Assembly: GCA_023250995.1 (NCBI GenBank)
Contig: JAHEZO010000005.1
Location: 1 to 45,346 of the forward strand
Direction: 5' to 3'
Origin: Flavobacteriales bacterium
GTDB lineage: Bacteria; Bacteroidota; Bacteroidia; Flavobacteriales_H; JAHEZO01
DNA: 45,346 nucleotides
Of this stretch, positions 18,241 through 30,138 are shown piece after piece; the stretch's first letter is position 1; each line of letters begins with the position of its first letter. The translations under genes and the position numbers were made by a program. The notes under the pieces are model-generated. The model worked only from the letters and a program-made list of their open reading frames with translations. It had not been told where the DNA came from and did no database searches.

Positions 18241-20607
18241 TTAACTTCCACAAGCCTCACATCCTTCCGGGTTGTCTAACGAACAGGCTATTTCGGATAT
18301 TCCTACCTCGCTTGCAACTGCTAGTTTTACCTCCGGCTCAGTCATTGCACCTTTGTCGAGAGTAAATTTAATGGCATCGGTGGCGGCCTTGGTGCGCAAA
18401 TAATACATACCGGTTTTCAACCCTTTTTTCCAACCGTAAAAATGCATGGAAGTCAATTTTGCGAAATTGGCATTTTCCATAAATACATTTAACGATTGAC
18501 TTTGGCAAATGAATGCACCTCTGTCGGCTGCCATGTCAATAATAGTTTTCTGACTTATCTCCCAGGCAGTCTTATACAGTTCTTTTAAGTTGTCGGGTAT
18601 TTCATCAATTTTAAGAACCGAGCCGTTGCTGGCAATTAATTTATTTTTTACCGAATCATTCCACAACCCAAGCTTTACCAAATCTTGAAGCAAATGTTTA
18701 TTTACAACAATAAATTCTCCTGATAAAGTCCTGCGGGTGTAAATATTAGAAGTGTATGGTTCGAAACATTCGTTATTGCCTAAAATTTGCGAAGTTGATG
18801 CGGTGGGCATAGGAGCCACCAGCAATGAATTTCTCAAACCGAACTTTTTAACTTCCTCTTTCAAAACATCCCATTCCCATCTGGGGGAGGGAGTAACTCC
18901 CCACATATCAAATTGAAAAATTCCTTTCGAGGCCGGTGAGCTATCGTAAGTTTCGTAACTTCCCGATTTCTTTGCAAGGTCTTTAGATGAGGTAAGGGAA
19001 GCATAATAAATGGTTTCGAAAATTTCTTTGTTCAACTGCCTTGCATCGGGTGAATCAAAAGGAAAACGCATCAGGATAAAAGTATCTGCCAATCCCTGAA
19101 CCCCCAAGCCAATCGGGCGGTGCCGCATGTTTGAATTTCTTGCTTCGGGAACGGGATAATAATTATAGTCAATAATGTTGTTCAGGTTTTTGGTAACGGC
19201 ATAAGTTACCTCAAACAATTTATTATGGTCGAATTTTCCCTTTTCAACAAATTTCGGCAGAGCGATGGAGGCAAGGTTACACACGGCAATTTCATCGTGT
19301 GAGGTATATTCAACAATCTCAGTGCAAAGATTGGACGACTTAATGGTTCCGAGATTTTTCTGATTTGATTTTTCATTGCACGCATCCTTATATAAAATAT
19401 AAGGGGTGCCTGTTTCAATCTGCGACTCAAGAATTTTATTCCACAAATCTCTTGCACTTACTTTCTTTCTCCCCTTTCCTTCACTTTCATATTTGGTGTA
19501 TAATGTTTCAAATTCCAATCCGAAACAATCGCTCAAACCGGGGCATTCATTGGGGCACATCAATGTCCATTGATCATTTTCTTCCACCCGCTTCATAAAT
19601 AAATCCGGAATCCAAAGTGCCAAAAACAAATCCCTCGCCCGCTGTTCTTCTTTGCCATGATTTTTTTTCAATTCAAGAAAATCATGAATATCTGAATGCC
19701 ATGGCTCAAGGTAAACCGCAAACGATCCTTTTCTTTTTCCTCCCCCCTGATCCACATATCGGGCAGTGTCATTAAACACCCTAAGCATCGGAACAATTCC
19801 GTTCGAGGTTCCATTGGTGCCCCGGATGTACGATCCGGTTGCTCTGATATTATGAATGGCCAGCCCTATTCCCCCTGCCGACTGGGAAATTTTTGCACAC
19901 TGTTTTAAGGTATCGTAAATTCCATCAATACTGTCGTCTTTCATTGTTAAAAGGAAACAAGAAGACATTTGAGGTTTGGGTGTTCCTGCATTAAAAAGAG
20001 TAGGGGTTGCATGGGTAAACCATCTCTCCGCCATTAACTCGTAGGTTTCAATTACCGAATCAATATCATTTTTATGAATGCCCACTGCAACTCTCATTAA
20101 TAAATGCTGAGGCCTTTCGGCTACCTTTCCATCTATTTTAAGTAAGTAGGAACGCTCTAATGTTTTAAATCCAAAATAATCGTATCCAAAATCCCTGTCG
20201 TAAATAATTGTAGAATCAAGCATTTCTGCATTCTTTACAATTACCTCATACACATCATCGGCAATCATAGGAGCTTTTTTCCCGGTCTTTTTATCCACAT
20301 AAAAATACAAGGCCTCCATTGTGGCCGAAAACGATTTTCTTGTATTCTTATGAAGATTCGAAACGGCAATTCTTGAGGCCAGCAGGGCATAATCAGGATG
20401 CACCGTTGTCATAGAGGCAGAAACCTCAGCGGCCAGATTGTCCAAATCCGGGGTGGCTACCCCGTCATAAACTCCTTCAATAACTTTCATGGCAACCTTT
20501 ACGGGGTCCACATTGTTGTCCAATCCATAACAAAGCTTTTTAATCCGGGCGGTGATTTTATCAAATTTCACCGCTTCCTTTTTCCCATCTCTTTTAATTA
20601 CGTACAT
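18241..20607 (-). CDS. nrdA: Ribonucleoside-diphosphate reductase, class Ia large subunit
   Basis: N-terminal ATP-cone ([20 protein letters not shown]), active-site [21 protein letters not shown], and C-terminal redox tail CEACGS. Confidence 0.95.
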   Translation of the reverse strand: MYVIKRDGKKEAVKFDKITARIKKLCYGLDNNVDPVKVAMKVIEGVYDGVATPDLDNLAAEVSASMTTVHPDYALLASRIAVSNLHKNTRKSFSATMEALYFYVDKKTGKKAPMIADDVYEVIVKNAEMLDSTIIYDRDFGYDYFGFKTLERSYLLKIDGKVAERPQHLLMRVAVGIHKNDIDSVIETYELMAERWFTHATPTLFNAGTPKPQMSSCFLLTMKDDSIDGIYDTLKQCAKISQSAGGIGLAIHNIRATGSYIRGTNGTSNGIVPMLRVFNDTARYVDQGGGKRKGSFAVYLEPWHSDIHDFLELKKNHGKEEQRARDLFLALWIPDLFMKRVEENDQWTLMCPNECPGLSDCFGLEFETLYTKYESEGKGRKKVSARDLWNKILESQIETGTPYILYKDACNEKSNQKNLGTIKSSNLCTEIVEYTSHDEIAVCNLASIALPKFVEKGKFDHNKLFEVTYAVTKNLNNIIDYNYYPVPEARNSNMRHRPIGLGVQGLADTFILMRFPFDSPDARQLNKEIFETIYYASLTSSKDLAKKSGSYETYDSSPASKGIFQFDMWGVTPSPRWEWDVLKEEVKKFGLRNSLLVAPMPTASTSQILGNNECFEPYTSNIYTRRTLSGEFIVVNKHLLQDLVKLGLWNDSVKNKLIASNGSVLKIDEIPDNLKELYKTAWEISQKTIIDMAADRGAFICQSQSLNVFMENANFAKLTSMHFYGWKKGLKTGMYYLRTKAATDAIKFTLDKGAMTEPEVKLAVASEVGISEIACSLDNPEGCEACGS

Positions 20608-20662
20608 TATTTTTTTGTGTTTTTATATGTTTAAAAATAATCAGTTTCGTTTTTACCAAAAA

Positions 20663-21694
20663 TTAAAAATCCTCATCCAGCTTAAATTCACTGTCCACTT
20701 TTTTACCTCCAAGTACTCCGGCCTTTTGATATTCACCCACTCTTTTTTCAAAGAAATTTGTTTTACCCTGAAGCGATATCATTTCCATAAAATCAAACGG
20801 GTTGGAAACATTGTAAATTTTTTCATTGCCAAGCTCAACAAGCAAACGGTCGGCAACAAACTCAATATACTGGCTCATCAGTTTTGCATTCATTCCAATT
20901 AAATCCACAGGAAGAGAATCAGTAATAAATTCTTTTTCAATTTCAACGGCATCGGCAATAATTTTCTCCACACGTTCCTTTGAAAGTTTATTAACCAGAT
21001 GCCGGGTATAAAGCAAACATGCAAAATCACAATGCAATCCTTCATCCCTTGAAATGAGTTCGTTTGAAAAACTCAAACCCGGCATGAGGCCCCTTTTCTT
21101 TAGCCAGAAAATAGAACAAAAACTTCCCGAAAAAAATATTCCTTCTACGGCTGCAAATGAAACAAGGCGCTCAGCAAAGTTTCCATTGGTTATCCACTTT
21201 AAAGCCCAGTCAGCTTTTTTCTTAACGCAAGGTACGGTTTCAATAGCTTTGAAAAGGTATTTCTTTTCTGCCTCATCCTTAATATATGAATCAATAAGAA
21301 GTGAATAAGTTTCGGAATGAATGTTCTCAATGGCAATCTGGAAACCGTAAAAAAACTTGGCTTCGGTATATTGAACTTCATGAACAAAATTCTCGGCAAG
21401 ATTTTCATTTACTATTCCATCACTTGCGGCAAAAAAGGCGAGGACATGTTTTACAAAATGCCGCTCATTGTCATTCAGTTTTTTTTCCCAATCCTGAATA
21501 TCGGCACTTAAATCAATTTCTTCCGCGGTCCAGAAACTGGCTTCTGCCTTTTTATAAAACGCCCATATATCACTATGTTGAATAGGGAATAGTACAAACC
21601 GATCGGGGTTTTCTATTAAAATTGGTTCTTCCATTAATTTATTTTGAATTTCCTTAGTTCTTTCCTGAATATTTTTTTCAATTACGGTTTCCAT
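20663..21694 (-). CDS. nrdB: Ribonucleoside-diphosphate reductase, class Ia small subunit
   Basis: Di-iron/tyrosyl radical motifs are present: [44 protein letters not shown]. The gene lies immediately downstream of nrdB-to-nrdA order on the minus strand. Confidence 0.95.
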   Translation of the reverse strand: METVIEKNIQERTKEIQNKLMEEPILIENPDRFVLFPIQHSDIWAFYKKAEASFWTAEEIDLSADIQDWEKKLNDNERHFVKHVLAFFAASDGIVNENLAENFVHEVQYTEAKFFYGFQIAIENIHSETYSLLIDSYIKDEAEKKYLFKAIETVPCVKKKADWALKWITNGNFAERLVSFAAVEGIFFSGSFCSIFWLKKRGLMPGLSFSNELISRDEGLHCDFACLLYTRHLVNKLSKERVEKIIADAVEIEKEFITDSLPVDLIGMNAKLMSQYIEFVADRLLVELGNEKIYNVSNPFDFMEMISLQGKTNFFEKRVGEYQKAGVLGGKKVDSEFKLDEDF

Positions 21695-21974
21695 ACCACC
21701 TCGTTTATTTTTTGCAGCCGTGAAAAAATTTTACTTTTAAGAATAATTTTTTTCTGATAAAAATCCGCTCAACCATCCGGGCGAAAGTACCTTCCGGCAC
21801 TAAAACCCCAGTAAATTCGGGGCTTTCAAACCATTCAAATAAATTTTAAATTTTTCTGAAAACGGGGGCCGGAGGTATTTGTTCAACGACAAGGCAAAAA
21901 TTGATAAAAAATAAATGCGGGGCAAGACAAAAAAATAAACAATTGGGGGAAGTTTTCAACAAAAAGAATTAACA

Positions 21975-23372
21975 TTATTTTAAATGGCCGGTCATTTCTT
22001 CGGGCCGGACCCATTTCGAAAATTCTTCATCGGTGAGGAACCCGAGTTCTACCGCGGCTTGTCGCAGGGTTTTATTTTCTTTATGGGCTTTTTTTGCAAT
22101 TTTTGCGGCCTTTTCATATCCGATATGTGGATTTAAGGAGGTTACCAGCATGAGTGAATTTTCGAGATTTTCTTTTATCACTTTTAAATTAGGCTCAATT
22201 CCCACCGCACAATTATCGTTAAAGGAAACACAGGCATCACCTATTAACCTCGCTGATTGAAGAACATTTGCCGCAATAACCGGCTTAAAAACATTTAATT
22301 CAAAATGACCCATTGATCCGCCAAATGAAACTGCAACATCATTTCCAATTACCTGGGCGCAAACCATGGTAAGTGCTTCCGGCTGGGTGGGATTTACTTT
22401 ACCGGGCATTATGGATGAACCAGGTTCATTATCGGGGATGATGATTTCTCCAATTCCACTCCTTGGGCCCGAAGAAAGCATCCTTACATCGTTTGCAATT
22501 TTCAAAAGGGAAACAGCGGTTCTTTTTAATGCCCCTGATAGTTCAACCATGGCATCATGAGCCGCCAGTGCTTCAAACTTATTCTTTGCAGTAATAAAAG
22601 GAAGCCCTGTAAATTCTGCAATTTTTTTTGCCACCAGAACATCGTAACCTTTGGGAGAATTTAAACCGGTACCAACGGCTGTTCCCCCCAAAGCTATTTC
22701 CCTCACCGCCTCCAGAGAATTATTAATGGCCCTGATGCTGTTTTCCACCTGCTGGGCGTACCCCGAAAATTCCTGCCCAAGGGTAAGTGGCGTGGCATCC
22801 ATAAAATGAGTCCGGCCGGTTTTTACAATGCTTTTAAAATCTTCCGACTTTTTTTTAAGTGTTGAAAGAAGTTTCTGTAAACCCGGAAGGGTAATAAAAG
22901 CTACCTGCTTATAGGCCGCAATATGCATGGCTGCCGGAAAAGTATCATTGGAGGATTGTGATTTGTTTACATCATCATTCGGATGGAGAATTTTTTTTTC
23001 ATCGGTAAGTTTACCTCCTGAAATAACATGTCCGCGATAAGCAATCACCTCATTTGCGTTCATATTGCTTTGGGTTCCTGAGCCGGTTTGCCAGATAACC
23101 AGCGGGAATTCATTGTCTAATTTCCCCCCGGTAATTTCATCACATACTTTGGATATAAGGTCCATCTTTTCTTTTGCGAGAACCCCAAGTTCGAAATTGG
23201 CATGAGCTGCCGCTTTTTTTAATATGCCAAAAGCATAAATAATCTCAAGGGGCATGCTTGCTTCCGGTCCGATTTTAAAATTATTTCTCGACCGCTCGGT
23301 TTGAGCACCCCAGTATTTTAAGGCGGGCACTTTAACTTCGCCCATAGTATCGTGCTCGATTCTGAATTCCAT
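21975..23372 (-). CDS. fumC: Class II fumarate hydratase
   Basis: Signature [13 protein letters not shown] plus [14 protein letters not shown] and the [11 protein letters not shown] motif. Confidence 0.95.
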   Translation of the reverse strand: MEFRIEHDTMGEVKVPALKYWGAQTERSRNNFKIGPEASMPLEIIYAFGILKKAAAHANFELGVLAKEKMDLISKVCDEITGGKLDNEFPLVIWQTGSGTQSNMNANEVIAYRGHVISGGKLTDEKKILHPNDDVNKSQSSNDTFPAAMHIAAYKQVAFITLPGLQKLLSTLKKKSEDFKSIVKTGRTHFMDATPLTLGQEFSGYAQQVENSIRAINNSLEAVREIALGGTAVGTGLNSPKGYDVLVAKKIAEFTGLPFITAKNKFEALAAHDAMVELSGALKRTAVSLLKIANDVRMLSSGPRSGIGEIIIPDNEPGSSIMPGKVNPTQPEALTMVCAQVIGNDVAVSFGGSMGHFELNVFKPVIAANVLQSARLIGDACVSFNDNCAVGIEPNLKVIKENLENSLMLVTSLNPHIGYEKAAKIAKKAHKENKTLRQAAVELGFLTDEEFSKWVRPEEMTGHLK

Positions 23373-23474
23373 AAAAAAAATTTTTACAAAAATACAAAAT
23401 CATCATGAGCAACAAATGGGTTTTTCTTTTTTCTACCTTAGCAAAATTTTGTCACTTTTTATAAACCCTCAAAA

Positions 23475-24044
23475 ATGTTTGGTTTTGATTTAATGCAAGT
23501 TGGAACTGCCACCATGATTCTTTTTGCAGTGGTAGATATTATTGGGTCAATCCCGATGATTCTTGACTTAAAACAAAAAACAGGAAGAATCGAACCTGAA
23601 AAAGCAAGTACCATTGCCTTCGGAATTATGATTTTGTTTTTGTTTCTTGGGGAATCAATTTTAAATATTATTGGAATTGATGTGGGGTCATTTGCCATAG
23701 CGGGTTCTTTTATTCTGTTTTTTATGGCCCTTGAAATGATTCTGGGAATTAAACTTTACAAGGACGAAATGCCTCAAACCGCTTCTGTAGTTCCCCTGGC
23801 CTTTCCCATAATTGCCGGGGCGGGAACAATGACCTCATTAATTTCTTTGCGTGCCGAATACGAAAAAATCAATATTATCATTGCAATCGCATTAAACATT
23901 ATTGTTGTTTACATTGTTTTGAAAAACACCGGGCGGCTGGAAAAATTTCTGGGAACCTCAGGCATTTCCATCATTCGCAAAGTTTTTGGAATCATTTTGC
24001 TTGCAATTGCTGTAAAATTGTTTAAAACAAATATCGGACTGTAA
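23475..24044 (+). CDS. MarC-family (UPF0056) integral membrane protein
   Basis: ~190 aa, six hydrophobic segments. The FAVVDIIGSIPM.. N-terminus and PLAFPIIAGAGTMT motif are typical of the MarC family. Confidence 0.75.
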   Translation: MFGFDLMQVGTATMILFAVVDIIGSIPMILDLKQKTGRIEPEKASTIAFGIMILFLFLGESILNIIGIDVGSFAIAGSFILFFMALEMILGIKLYKDEMPQTASVVPLAFPIIAGAGTMTSLISLRAEYEKINIIIAIALNIIVVYIVLKNTGRLEKFLGTSGISIIRKVFGIILLAIAVKLFKTNIGL

Positions 24045-24094
24045 CAGGCCATTGAATCATAGCAGGAATAATTTTCTGTAATTCAATATATCCA

Positions 24095-25597
24095 ATGTCA
24101 ATCAAATCCATTCTTGCCATTCCTTTTGCCCACTTTATTTCTTCAGGGTTAAAAAAAAGAAGTAACAATCCTTTTTTTGAACAAGAAAAGGTTTTCAATT
24201 CTTTAATTTCATCTGCAAAGAACACTGCTTTTGGGAAAGACCATAATTTCAATAAAATAAAAAATTATGAGGATTTTAAAAAATTTGTTCCGGTAAGGGA
24301 TTATGAACAAATCCTTCCATATATTGAAAGAATTATTTCGGGTGAACCAAATGTATTATGGAAAGGAAAACCAATTTATCTGGCTAAAACTTCAGGCACT
24401 ACCAGCGGAACAAAATATATTCCAATTTCAAGCGATTCAATTTCCAACCATTTGAATTCTGCACGAAATGCCCTTCTTTCTTATATTGCCGAAACAGGAA
24501 AAACTGATTTTGTAAATGGAAAAATGATATTTCTGCAGGGAAGCCCTGTGCTCGAAAAAAAAGGAGAAATTCCTTGCGGAAGGTTATCAGGCATTGTGGC
24601 TCATCATATTCCATCCTATCTTCAAAAAAACAGAATGCCCGGTTTTGAAACAAATTGCATTGAAGACTGGGAGAAAAAAGTTGACGCTATCGTGGATGAA
24701 ACAATTTCTGAAAACATGACCCTGATAAGCGGAATTCCGCCCTGGGTGCAGATGTATTTTGAAAGGTTGATTAAAAAGTCGGGGAAGAAAACCATTGCTG
24801 AAATCTTTCCGAATTTTTCACTGTTTGTTTATGGCGGAGTTAATTATGAACCATACCGGACCTCAATGGAAAAAACAATCGGAAAAAATATTGATTCAAT
24901 TGAACTTTTTCCGGCATCGGAAGGATTTTTCGCATTTCAGGACAGCCAACATGAAAAAGGATTATTGCTTGTAATTGATTCAGGAATATTTTATGAGTTC
25001 ATTCCCGCCCATGAAATTTTCGAAAAAAATCCAACCCGGATTTCACTAAAAGATGTAAAGCTAAATGTAAATTATGCCATTATCATTAATAATAATGCTG
25101 GTTTGTGGGGATATAATATTGGCGATACCGTAAAGTTTGTTTCCAAAAAACCTTACCGGATAATTGTTTCGGGGAGGATAAAACATTTTATTTCGGCTTT
25201 TGGGGAGCATGTGATTGCCGAAGAAGTTGAACAAGCCCTTAAAAGTACGATGGGAATGGAATTAGCCCAGGTGGTTGAATTCCATGTGGCTCCACAGGTA
25301 AATCCGGTGGAAGGTGAATTACCTTTTCACGAGTGGTTCATTGAGTTTGGGAAAGAACCGGAAAACAAGGAAAATTTCGGAAAAATTTTGGACGAATTTC
25401 TTCAGAAAAAAAATTCTTATTACAAGGATTTAATTGAAGGAAAAATATTGCAGCCCCTTAAAATCACAACGGTTCCGAAAGAAACATTTATTAATTATAT
25501 GAAATTATTGGGAAAACTCGGAGGGCAAAATAAAATTCCCCGCCTGGCAAACGACAGAAAAACAGCAGTTGAATTGGAAAAAATTTTTGCGAAATAA
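24095..25597 (+). CDS. GH3 (auxin-responsive-promoter family) acyl-adenylate-forming enzyme homolog
   Basis: ~500 aa with the LAKTSGTTSGTKYIP adenylation-type motif and YGGVNYEPY, YNIGDTV, all characteristic of bacterial GH3 proteins common in Bacteroidota. Confidence 0.8.
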   Translation: MSIKSILAIPFAHFISSGLKKRSNNPFFEQEKVFNSLISSAKNTAFGKDHNFNKIKNYEDFKKFVPVRDYEQILPYIERIISGEPNVLWKGKPIYLAKTSGTTSGTKYIPISSDSISNHLNSARNALLSYIAETGKTDFVNGKMIFLQGSPVLEKKGEIPCGRLSGIVAHHIPSYLQKNRMPGFETNCIEDWEKKVDAIVDETISENMTLISGIPPWVQMYFERLIKKSGKKTIAEIFPNFSLFVYGGVNYEPYRTSMEKTIGKNIDSIELFPASEGFFAFQDSQHEKGLLLVIDSGIFYEFIPAHEIFEKNPTRISLKDVKLNVNYAIIINNNAGLWGYNIGDTVKFVSKKPYRIIVSGRIKHFISAFGEHVIAEEVEQALKSTMGMELAQVVEFHVAPQVNPVEGELPFHEWFIEFGKEPENKENFGKILDEFLQKKNSYYKDLIEGKILQPLKITTVPKETFINYMKLLGKLGGQNKIPRLANDRKTAVELEKIFAK

Positions 25598-25624
25598 TTA
25601 ACGATAGAATTCAATTTCCATTCA

Positions 25625-25658
25625 GAAGGGTTTCCTCATTTTGAATAACCCTTTTCCA
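25625..25658 (+). terminator. Candidate intrinsic terminator between convergent GH3 and T9SS-cargo genes
   Basis: AAGGGTT (25626-25632) pairs with AACCCTT (25647-25653) and is followed by TTCC..TATTTT. The loop is large (14 nt), so this is only moderate support. Confidence 0.35.
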
Positions 25659-25660
25659 AA

Positions 25661-28600
25661 CTATTTTACTACTACAAATTTGGAAATAGCAGATTCATTC
25701 CCTGCCTCAACTTTCACAAAATAAACTCCTGCCGGAATTCCCGCAGCTTCAAGTTTAATTTTATTTGCTCCAGGGGAGAATAATTTATTTTGGAACTCTT
25801 TTACAATTCTTCCATTCAAATCCAAAATCTTCAGGCTTCCCTTCCCTGGCGATGGTAAATTAAATATTGTATACCCATCTTCCTTCATCGGATTGGGGAA
25901 AACAGACATGTTGGAAATGAATTTTGATTTTGATTCACTTCCGGGCAGTTCCTTTATTCCCGTAACCAACGAACCGGACTGCCACATCCCTCTGCCATGG
26001 GTGCCTATAAACAACATTTCATAATTATTTGAAGGATAAAATTTCTGCTGACGAACTTCGAAAACCGGCATATGAGGAAAATTGCTGCTTTCATCAGCCC
26101 ACTGAACATTGCCGGCAAAAATATCCTGGGTAGAATAAATTCCAAACTCAGTTCCTATTAAAACTTTTACCGTGTGATTAATAAACTCTGCATCATAAAC
26201 AGGCATCGGAGGCAAATCACCGCTTACATTTAAAAAAGTATTTGATAGGGTGGTGGTGACAGCTTTTGTTGAGGCATAAACATATCCGGTATGACCATAA
26301 TTGCCAAGGGTAACAACTACATTTTCGGGATTGTCGTTATCTACCGCTATGCCTGTAATTGCGTAGCTTGCAGGGGGTGCAAAAATTTTCGTTTTGGTAA
26401 TTTTACTTGGTGTACCGGAAACATCTGCCTGTTTGTAAACATTATTTAAACCCGAAACCCGGAATACTCCAATTTGATCAATACCAATAAACATATGGTT
26501 CCCGTCTTTCGAAAATTCAATGCAAGAAGGAGTTCCCGTTGTGTTTAATTTTATCCAGGTGGAATCAACGGTGGCATTGAATCTTAAACCATACCTCGTA
26601 ATGGCAACACCGCCTTTTGAGGCAGCTACGCCCAAAGCAATTATAGATTGAATCGGGTCCTGAACTTTAACCGTATCCCCGTAACCCATATCCTGAGTAA
26701 GGGAATAACTAACCGGAATGTTTTCTGTATTGCTTAAGAGCGAAAGTTTGCTTCCGGAAGAATAATTTGTTGTGAAATAAGCCCAAACAGGAGTATTCAC
26801 ACTGGGGGCGTTTACAAGTGTAAGAGTAAAAGAACCATTTGAATAATTTACTGAACAGGAATTTCCACCTGTTCCAAAGGTGCTGGAGGTATTGCTTGAA
26901 TTTGAAAAATCATTTATCGAAACGCCTGCAGTTCCTACCTGAATTCGCAGAGAACCAATTTTTAACGATGCTGAAGATTGCAAAGGTGTAAGGGTTCCGG
27001 AAAAAACCTTTTTGCTTCCGTTTCCTGTTCCAATACCTTGTTTGGTTGTATCCACGGTAAATAATATTGAATCATGACTTGTATAATCCTCATTCGATTC
27101 CCACAACCTAACTACAGTATGAAAAATTGTTGGCTCCCCGCAAAAAGCTCCGCAAATAGCAGAGGGAGAACCTCCGGTTGGTGAACTTCTTAACAGCTGG
27201 TCGGAGTAAATGGTTCCGAACATGGCACCTGTAATGCTCGAAATATCGCAATCAAAACCATCCCCGCCAGATCCTTCTTTGCCTGAAAGGGGCTCGGTTC
27301 CTATTCCTTCCATCAATTGGGTTCCGTTATCCTGTGCACCACCAAGCATTGCCGTAGGCATGCCCGCAGGAGGATTATTAAAAGCCATTGCATAAAACTG
27401 TGTAACATTATATCCTTTGTTGGCCGAAAAAAAGTTTACTCCCTGATCAAAAGATTTAAAAATTCCTCCATCGCAACCGATGTACATAATATTTGGATTA
27501 TTGGGGTCAAAGGAGAAAACATGCTTATCCGCATGAACATAATAGGGAGGAAAATTGCTGAATTCCTCTGCTATCCTTGTTAAATTTCCATCGTATTTCC
27601 AAAGCTGAACACCACCAATAAAAATTTTATCTGCATTATCGGGTGCAACTGCAAAGGCAAGGTCATATACCCCCTGCCCGTAACCCAGCCCGGAGTTTGA
27701 CATGGGTTCAAAATAATTTGCAATAGGGAACAACATTTTTGTCCAGTTTACGCCCTTATCCGTTGATTTCCAAACCCCGACAAAATAGCCAATATTATCG
27801 CAAACCAGGGCATAAACCACATTTGGGTTTGATGGAGCTACGGCAACATCAGTTCTTCCACCGGTGGTATTGGCAACGCCAACCACTTTTACATAAGAAC
27901 CGCAATCCATTGGGTCATCTGAGTAATATATAGTTCCGGCATAGGAGAAAAACAACCTACCGTCAGAGGTAACATCCAGATCCTCCCCTCTCTGCCCGTT
28001 CAGCTGTCCGGTACAGGTGGTAGTATTCGAAAAAAGAGGATTAATCCAGGTCTGCCCTCCATCATTTGAAACCCTTAAACCATTATGAATTGCAACATAA
28101 ATCTGATTTGAATTTCCCGGCTTAAAAGCAATTTTATTTACAGTGATCCAATCGTCTGATTCGTTATTGACCGTGTTGGTATAACCTGAACCTCCTTTAG
28201 TAACGGTAACCCCGGTAACTGTACCTCCTGAAATTGTTGCAACTGCTTGGGCATTGGCACCACCCCCTCCACCATTATTTATTGTAACCACCGGGGCAAT
28301 AGTGTAATTGGACCCGCCTGTAACAACATCAATGGAAGAAACAGAATCACCGGCAATTGTAACGGTTGCCGAGGCACCTGAACCCCCTCCCCCAATTCCA
28401 AAAGTTACATAAGGAGCCACAGGGCCTTTTACTTTTGTGAAACTCTGTCCGCCATTGGTTGATTTAAAAAGCCCTCTGCCAGGAAAAAGTACACCGGCCT
28501 CATTTGCCGTTTCATCAAAATCAGAACCGGTGCCCATCCAGATGCTTCCATCGGGTGCCTGGGCAAGAGATGAAACTATCAGATTTTCAAATTGATCATT

Positions 28601-29038
28601 TACCGGGTGCCAGCTGCTTCCGCTGTTATTAGAGACAAACAAACCGCCCGAAACACTTCCTGCAAAAACATGGCTGCTGTTATTTTTATCCACAAGAATG
28701 GCTCTTGTTCTTCCCCCCACATTGTCGGGTCCTCTTTCGGCCCATTGTAAATTTAGGGAGCCCGATTTTTTTAAAGAATGTTTTTTTACTTCTTCACTGG
28801 CCATTAAAACATCTGAGATTTCCACCTTTCCTGTATTTACATTTGCCCTGATTGATTGATAATACTCTGCGGCCCGGTTCCAATCTCCGGCATGCCTTAC
28901 CTTCATTTTTTCTTGAGGAGAATACAAAACACTTTTCGCTGAATTAAGAAAAGGAGTTAAGAACCAGCAAGCCAAGGCCAGAACAAGGATGCCAAAAACG
29001 ACTGGTATAACTAGGTTGAATTTTTTTTTGCTATTCAT
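25661..29038 (-). CDS. Large secreted beta-propeller (BNR/sortilin-Vps10-like) protein with T9SS type-A C-terminal sorting domain
   Basis: N-terminal TM/signal. Repeated S-x-D-x-G-x-x-W-like blades (SNNSGSSWHPV, STNGGQSFTKV, SNDGGQTWINP, STDKGVNWTKM). C-terminus VFPNP...LKILDLNGRIV...GVYFVKVE..KFVVVK is a Por secretion tail. Confidence 0.85.
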   Translation of the reverse strand: MNSKKKFNLVIPVVFGILVLALACWFLTPFLNSAKSVLYSPQEKMKVRHAGDWNRAAEYYQSIRANVNTGKVEISDVLMASEEVKKHSLKKSGSLNLQWAERGPDNVGGRTRAILVDKNNSSHVFAGSVSGGLFVSNNSGSSWHPVNDQFENLIVSSLAQAPDGSIWMGTGSDFDETANEAGVLFPGRGLFKSTNGGQSFTKVKGPVAPYVTFGIGGGGSGASATVTIAGDSVSSIDVVTGGSNYTIAPVVTINNGGGGGANAQAVATISGGTVTGVTVTKGGSGYTNTVNNESDDWITVNKIAFKPGNSNQIYVAIHNGLRVSNDGGQTWINPLFSNTTTCTGQLNGQRGEDLDVTSDGRLFFSYAGTIYYSDDPMDCGSYVKVVGVANTTGGRTDVAVAPSNPNVVYALVCDNIGYFVGVWKSTDKGVNWTKMLFPIANYFEPMSNSGLGYGQGVYDLAFAVAPDNADKIFIGGVQLWKYDGNLTRIAEEFSNFPPYYVHADKHVFSFDPNNPNIMYIGCDGGIFKSFDQGVNFFSANKGYNVTQFYAMAFNNPPAGMPTAMLGGAQDNGTQLMEGIGTEPLSGKEGSGGDGFDCDISSITGAMFGTIYSDQLLRSSPTGGSPSAICGAFCGEPTIFHTVVRLWESNEDYTSHDSILFTVDTTKQGIGTGNGSKKVFSGTLTPLQSSASLKIGSLRIQVGTAGVSINDFSNSSNTSSTFGTGGNSCSVNYSNGSFTLTLVNAPSVNTPVWAYFTTNYSSGSKLSLLSNTENIPVSYSLTQDMGYGDTVKVQDPIQSIIALGVAASKGGVAITRYGLRFNATVDSTWIKLNTTGTPSCIEFSKDGNHMFIGIDQIGVFRVSGLNNVYKQADVSGTPSKITKTKIFAPPASYAITGIAVDNDNPENVVVTLGNYGHTGYVYASTKAVTTTLSNTFLNVSGDLPPMPVYDAEFINHTVKVLIGTEFGIYSTQDIFAGNVQWADESSNFPHMPVFEVRQQKFYPSNNYEMLFIGTHGRGMWQSGSLVTGIKELPGSESKSKFISNMSVFPNPMKEDGYTIFNLPSPGKGSLKILDLNGRIVKEFQNKLFSPGANKIKLEAAGIPAGVYFVKVEAGNESAISKFVVVK

Positions 29039-29256
29039 CAGGAACAGAATTAAGGTGGAAAATAATGGTTTATTTGATATTTTTTAAACTTTGGCGAAAA
29101 TAGGAATTCTTTTAATTAAGGATAAAGAAAAATCCTTTTTTGCAAGCATAATAAAATACAAAGAGAAAATAATTTCATTTAATTTAAAAGGGATAATGTT
29201 TTAACGGCCGCAAAAATAAAACAAACGGGCTGGTTTTTAATTCAAACGGCATAAAA

Positions 29257-30120
29257 TTACAGATGTTTTTCTGCATGATATGAAGATCGAACCAAAGGTC
29301 CGCTTTCAATATGGGTAAAGCCCAGTTTCATCCCCTCTTCTTTTAATTTTAAAAATACCTCCGGTTTAACAAATTCAACCACTGGTAAATGTTTTTTTGA
29401 GGGTTGCAGATACTGGCCAATGGTCAAAATTTCTACTCCTACCATCCTGAGGTCTTCCATCGTTTCAAAAACTTCCTCGAATGTTTCCCCCAAACCCAGC
29501 ATTAACCCTGATTTTGTTCTCATTCCTGCTTTTGATAATCTGTTTAACACCTCAAGGCTTCTATCATATTTTGCCTGAATCCTTACTTGTTTGGTCAGCC
29601 TTCTTACCGTTTCTAAATTATGTGAAACAATTTCGGGTGCTTCATTAATAATTTGTTGAAGATTTTCCCATTTACCCATAAAATCAGGAATTAAAGTTTC
29701 CAGGGTGGTTTGGGGACATAATTTTCGAATTGCTTTTATGGTTTCAGCCCAGATAACTGAACCTCCATCTTCCATATCATCCCTGTCGACTGAAGTTATA
29801 ACGCAATGCTTTACCCCCATTAATTTTACTGATTCGGCAACTCTTTGGGGCTCCAAAAAATCGGGGGCAAAAGGCTTTCCGGTTGCAACTGCACAAAAGC
29901 CGCAGGAACGGGTGCAAACATTTCCCAAAATCATAAAGGTTGCAGTTCCCGCACCCCAACATTCACCTAAATTGGGGCAATTTCCACTCTGACAAATGGT
30001 GTGAACTTTATGTTCAGATACGATATTCCTGACCCTGAGGAATTCTGCTCCGGATGGCAATTTAACTTTTAACCATTCCGGCTTTTTCGAGGGAACTTCG
30101 GGAATAATTTCTGTGGTCAT
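29257..30120 (-). CDS. lipA: Lipoyl synthase
   Basis: The two cluster motifs are present: [12 protein letters not shown] and the radical-SAM CTRSCGFC. The length and C-terminus SSYHA are as in LipA. Confidence 0.95.
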   Translation of the reverse strand: MTTEIIPEVPSKKPEWLKVKLPSGAEFLRVRNIVSEHKVHTICQSGNCPNLGECWGAGTATFMILGNVCTRSCGFCAVATGKPFAPDFLEPQRVAESVKLMGVKHCVITSVDRDDMEDGGSVIWAETIKAIRKLCPQTTLETLIPDFMGKWENLQQIINEAPEIVSHNLETVRRLTKQVRIQAKYDRSLEVLNRLSKAGMRTKSGLMLGLGETFEEVFETMEDLRMVGVEILTIGQYLQPSKKHLPVVEFVKPEVFLKLKEEGMKLGFTHIESGPLVRSSYHAEKHL

Positions 30121-30138
30121 TCAAGTAAAATTCAAAAA

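Noticed and set aside
29118-29146. Hairpin AAGGAT-N8-ATCCTT followed by T6 as a terminator
   Set aside because: The U-run is on the plus strand, but no plus-strand gene ends upstream. On the minus strand, downstream of lipA, the stem is not followed by a U-run. The stem is only 6 bp.
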